From positions 434,001 to 498,000 of the forward strand of contig JAQGDQ010000078.1 in NCBI GenBank assembly GCA_030141605.1: a stretch of DNA of 64,000 bases, read 5' to 3'. Of this stretch, positions 60,001 to 64,000 are shown in pieces. Position numbers and translations under genes: made by a program. The notes under the pieces were generated by a model that saw nothing but the letters and a program-made list of their open reading frames with translations, ran no database searches and was not told the origin of the DNA. Origin of the DNA: Tubiluchus corallicola (taxonomy: Eukaryota > Animalia > Priapulida). The stretch's first letter is position 1, and each line of letters starts with the position of its first letter.

Positions 60001-62717
60001 TCCGCCTAGCAGCCCTTTAAAAGCAACACTAACAAGGAAGTTTAGCCAATGATTATTCTACTGTACTCACACTCATGTCTGTAGTTTGTAAATTTGGCCG
60101 TTTTCTATGAGCCTTCTTTCCAAATGTTGTTTCAAAACTTTCGGTGTCTAAAATATGAACTCTAGAATTCTAAAAAAAAAAAAAACAAGTCTGAGTTGCT
60201 TATATGCATGTAACATACACCAATGGACTGTTCCAAAATGATCCCACTGCTGTTACTAGCCTTGTTCTTGTTCTGCTGCCACATTTTAAGCTCATTTTGT
60301 TTTCTAAAGCCACGTTTCCACTGTGGTCACATAGATACTCACATACACAAACTTTTCTGTCCCATGTTTTAGATCTGCAAAGGTTGTTTCCATTGGGACA
60401 ACACTGAAATTCGGGACTCTCTAAGATGAAGAATAATTTTATTATATTATATTATTAAAGGAAGAATATTAAAGGACAAACAGGCAATACAATTTTGGGT
60501 TCGAAGACCATGAACACCTATGTGATCATCACCACATTGCAACAATGGATGAAAACAAGAATGCAACTTGTAACGTTTCGTATTTCATCGGAATTTAAAG
60601 AGAACGTGTACATTCACTATGAAAGACTGAAAGGAAAAATAGCTTTTATAACAATATTTTGTCACTTATGATTTTCTTCGTTTCAACTGTACAACTATGC
60701 GATGTAATTTTGAGGAGTATGATATGTACACTGTGCCTTTTATGGAGTATAATATGTACACTGTGCCTTTTAGCAACATCAATAGGACAACACCGAGCGT
60801 ATGTAACTGTTAAAAAAATGCTTTGAACAAGGATCACAAAACTGGCACAAATTCCTAAATTTACAAAACTTTAAAAAGCAGTAATTAGAAACCTAAATAT
60901 TCTACTTTCATTGCTGAGCTCAAAAAATTATTTCAAACCACAGCTACCTTGCGGCAGTATTTAGGGTCATTTTTATGAACAGTGCATATTCTTCCTTTAT
61001 TATGAAAACATACTTTATAAAAAAAAGATTGGGCAATCAAAGTGCGTATCCGTGCATGCACGTGGCTTTCCCAGCGGATACAATGGAAACGACAAAAGTA
61101 GAAAACAATGATTTACAAAGACGTGCTGTCGCTTCAAATTTTTTCCGTGTGAGTCGTACAAAAACGCTCCATGTCTGTAGAAGTTTGTCCGAACACAGTA
61201 GAAACGTGGCCTAATAGATGAAAAATTACTGCAGGCATTTCACAGTTAAATTAAGTGAGCTCAGAAGGATTTTATCTATTTTGATAATTTCTTGTTTCTT
61301 ACACAGTCATCTAAAGTATGTAAAGTACGAATACAAATATTTAGCGACAGTGTTTTCAAAAAACAACAACAAAGTGTTAATAATTTATCATATTCTGAAA
61401 AATTGGCATTATATTGGCAGGAGAATTTTATCTAGTTTGACAACTTCTTGATTTTTTATGCCAAATGCCACATACTCAAGTATAATAAACTATTAAAACA
61501 AACTACCATTTGTTGGTTTTGTTAAAAACAGTGACCTCTAAGCGGAAAAAACAATCTGTCACTAGTAATATTTGAACTAATACTTTACATACTTTAGATG
61601 ACTGTGTAAAAAACTGCGTAAATTGGGAAAAATTGTCAAACTGGGTAAAAATTCTCTGCCAATTTGTCATTGCAAAAATGACATAATAATGGGAACTTTA
61701 AGCAGAGTAAGTAATGGCAGGTTGAATGAAAAATGTTGACGGACATTACCTATGCTTAATACAACAAGGAAAAGAAAAAACAAAACTAGTAAGAACAAGT
61801 ATACATGCTTCGACTGTGGAGCTGAAATTTGATGTCACAAGCACAAAAGCACACACACAAACACAAACACATAGTTACACCAGGTGCAGCACCTTTGCTT
61901 TTTCATTCAGAAGAGTAACTGGCAACTTGGTTTGTTTCATGACAACTCTATATGGATCCTTCATGACTTTACTCAACTCTTCTTGGAAGGACTGCAGTGC
62001 TTTTTGTGTTACAACTCGTGTATTACCTGTAATATAGAAAGCACAAATATTAGTTACATCAGCTTCAACTGGTTCAAGGTATTTATATAAAACATATAGT
62101 ACTGTCTATTGACAACAGTGCGATGCATATATATATAATATCCTGAAGTAATATATACAACATATAATACATACCAAACCAACGCCTGTTCGGTTCTACT
62201 CTTGCCACTGTTCCTTGTTTCAGCCAAGATTGATATGGTGCTGCTTTCACAATCTTGCCTTTTCGATTTCTAATGGAATGATAAACTGAGCATGAGATTA
62301 CAGGCTTCAGACGCAGTAGTAAAATAAATGCTTTTCATTATAATTAAAAAAAGTTACTTAACTTATGTACTGCATTCCAAAGAAGAGTGAACATTAAACA
62401 GTTCAAATAAAATTATCATAAAATGATGGAAAAGTATGATTTAAAAACTATTTCGTAGTAATTAATAAAATTAATACTTGAAATTAAATTGAATTCTCCA
62501 ATTGATAGACTCTCAATGAAAGGACATAAAGCAAAAACTAAAATTGATTGATACTTTTCTGCAAAATACTGAAAAAATTAATTTAATAATTCATTAGGCT
62601 GCATTATTAGGTATATAATAATAAAATAAAAGTACCTAATAGGTTTAAAATTTTTGTACATGTTAAGGCGTTTAATGGTAGCCTTATCACGTTGACCGCC
62701 ATGTTCTTTTACACGAT
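48091..62717 (-). CDS. GNL2: Nucleolar GTP-binding protein 2 (Nog2/NGP-1, circularly permuted GTPase), 5'-partial
   Basis: Exons (minus): 62717-62636, 62269-62175, 62026-61893, 60169-60071, 58685-58533, 57300-57142, 56255-56142, 55705-55577, 54976-54872, 53575-53417, 53020-52925, 51457-50596, 48932-48784, 48198-48091. Motifs: [85 protein letters not shown]. Confidence 0.95.
49500..49797 (-). mobile_element. Probable solo LTR with 5-bp target-site duplication
   Basis: GTTAG flanks both ends (49495-49499 and 49798-49802). The minus strand starts TGTATATAG, ends CTATATGAC (degenerate) and carries AATAAA near its 3' end. Confidence 0.55.
53750..53815 (-). mobile_element. tRNA-derived SINE head (not a tRNA gene)
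   Basis: TAGCTCAGATGG A box and GGTTCGAATCCC B box, but spacing is too short for a full anticodon arm. Confidence 0.55.
54140..54400 (+). mobile_element. Degenerate tRNA-derived SINE with body
   Basis: GGTAAGGCGCTTGGCTGCCGATCCAGAGG..GAGTTTAAATCC tRNA-like head followed by a body. Confidence 0.45.
54449..54622. repeat. Long inverted repeat (foldback), ~65-bp arms
   Basis: AGGATCTTGACAGTACTTAACCTTTCACATA.. versus the reverse complement of ..TATGTGAAAAGTTAAGCACTGTTAAGATCCT. Confidence 0.85.
55475..55508 (+). ncRNA. Second minimal hammerhead ribozyme motif (Penelope-like pseudo-LTR)
   Basis: CAG-CTGATGA-A-GCCT-GCTA-GGGT-GAAA-AC-TT-CTG, then AATAAA and TTTGACTACA, matching the context of 2349-2410. 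Confidence 0.5.
57860..58472. mobile_element. Kolobok-like MITE family B, third copy
   Basis: TTAGGGAAAACAGG ... CCGGTTATCTTTAA termini; colinear with the 32070-33169 copy. Confidence 0.65.
59289..59483 (-). mobile_element. LINE C-terminal CCHC zinc-knuckle fragment
   Basis: [28 protein letters not shown] matches the C-x2-C..ET..HF...C..Y...R motif. Confidence 0.7.
61255..61665. mobile_element. Foldback MITE with subterminal repeats
   Basis: TTACACAGTCATCTAAAGTATGTAAAGTA (61299-61327) is the perfect reverse complement of 61581-61609; a second inverted pair lies at 61413-61443 / 61632-61663. Confidence 0.7.
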
Positions 62718-63239
62718 CTGAAAAAAACAAAATAAAAATATAGCACTTTTCAAAAAACAAGGAAGCATGCTTGCCTGAAAACTGATGTTATGACATAAAG
62801 GAACCAATATTGTTTACTTATATTTGCCAAATAAAGTTGTAATTATATTTGCCAAACAAAGTCTATTAAAACTTGTATTTAGCTTGTGGACGGAACTGCA
62901 ACGGAGATGTTAATATGCAAAATTAAGAAAATGATTGATAACTATATACCTATAAACGATGGAGTAAAATGGCCATGCTAGTGATGTGGGTGATCTTTAC
63001 ATTTGTGGGAGAAAATCACCAGCAGTTTGGCATGACAAATGTTTTATAGCTGCAAACCGGCCCGTCAATTTACCAGCCAAATGGGTTGCACCGTAACAGT
63101 GGAAGATTCCTTGGTGGAGCAGCAGTTAAATAACTACTAAACGTGTTTCACAGGGACATAACAATCAACAGAGATGCAAGTGGACAGACAGTGATATGTG
63201 GCACTTTTTCATGATGGTTGTGGAGGCTACAATAATTGT

Positions 63240-63500
63240 TGAAGGAATAAAGAATGTTCAATATTGTCAGTGCCTTAAGCATCTAGGTCAGCATACATTA
63301 CTAACTAGAAGGACGCATGCTCATTTAATACAAGCTTTCAAAAGTCATTAAAGGAATCAACGATGTGGATGTTGGAAGCTTCTTCACATTTAAGACCTCT
63401 GGGAGGATGATGGGAGGACATCAATTACAATTACAACTGTACAAGGAAAAAACAAAGCTGAATTTAAGAAAACATTTTTTCAGCCATAGGATAATTATGA
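63240..63500 (+). mobile_element. CR1 LINE ORF2 3' fragment
   Basis: GGH..LYKEKTKLNLRKHFFSHRII matches the CR1 C-terminal pattern RGH..KL....LN.RK.FFS.RV. Confidence 0.75.
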
Positions 63501-64000
63501 CCAATCAAATAATCAAGCAAAATGTTAATCATTCTCAGTCAAGCTCTGCTGACTGCCCAATCAGCATACATAATTTTTACATGCCAACGGAACAAGTTCG
63601 TTGCCTCGTCTTTCGGGACAGTCGGGGACATGGGTATGGCCGGTATATGTTATACTGTTATGCAAAATGCTTAACTTTTCATTAGTTTGAGGGAGGGAAA
63701 CCAGCCTGGTTTTAGATTTTATTACAGATTGTTGATTGTCTGTATTGTTGAATGAAATTGCAGGTGAATTAGTGGAAATATATAGTATAATTTCGTTTTT
63801 GTAGGAAGAAATGCGCTTACACCAATGAGTTACTAATGTTATTAATAAAATACACAGTTTAGTTTTTGTATAACCTTGCAAGCTAGGTAAAGACAACTAT
63901 TTGATTAACTTTAAAAAAGGACAAAAAATTAACTTAACGAGGTTAGGCCGATAATGTGACACTGCTTTAATGATTGCAAATGATTGCAAACTGGCCTACT

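Overview
AT-rich, intron-rich eukaryotic DNA, most likely from an invertebrate animal; it is not prokaryotic. By hand-splicing GT-AG exons and checking reading phase I reconstructed six genes. (1) A + strand single-pass receptor, SRCR-SRCR-CUB-TM (7637-18790, 5' exon not found). (2) An intronless ADAM10/kuzbanian-like metalloprotease nested antisense in the receptor's fourth recognised intron (11732-13711); it ends in a hydrophobic tail with no cytoplasmic domain and may be GPI-anchored. (3) A CCDC158-like coiled-coil gene (-, 2 coding exons). (4) A catalytically intact MTMR6/7/8 myotubularin with a C-terminal FYVE finger (+, 15 exons), head-to-head with gene 3. (5) A small Shisa-like six-cysteine membrane protein (+, 4 exons). 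(6) GNL2/Nog2 nucleolar GTPase (-, first exon outside the window). The first ~5 kb hold a decayed Thr-stalk/CUB/sushi/SRCR coding relic. Introns and intergenic DNA contain Kolobok-, pogo- and hAT-like MITEs (one nested in another), LINE 3' fragments, tRNA-derived SINE heads, a probable solo LTR, two Penelope-type minimal hammerhead-ribozyme motifs and many microsatellites. The most interesting candidate system is the nested pair of a tail-less ADAM10-like sheddase and an SRCR/CUB receptor. All homology calls come from recalled motifs; no database search was run.
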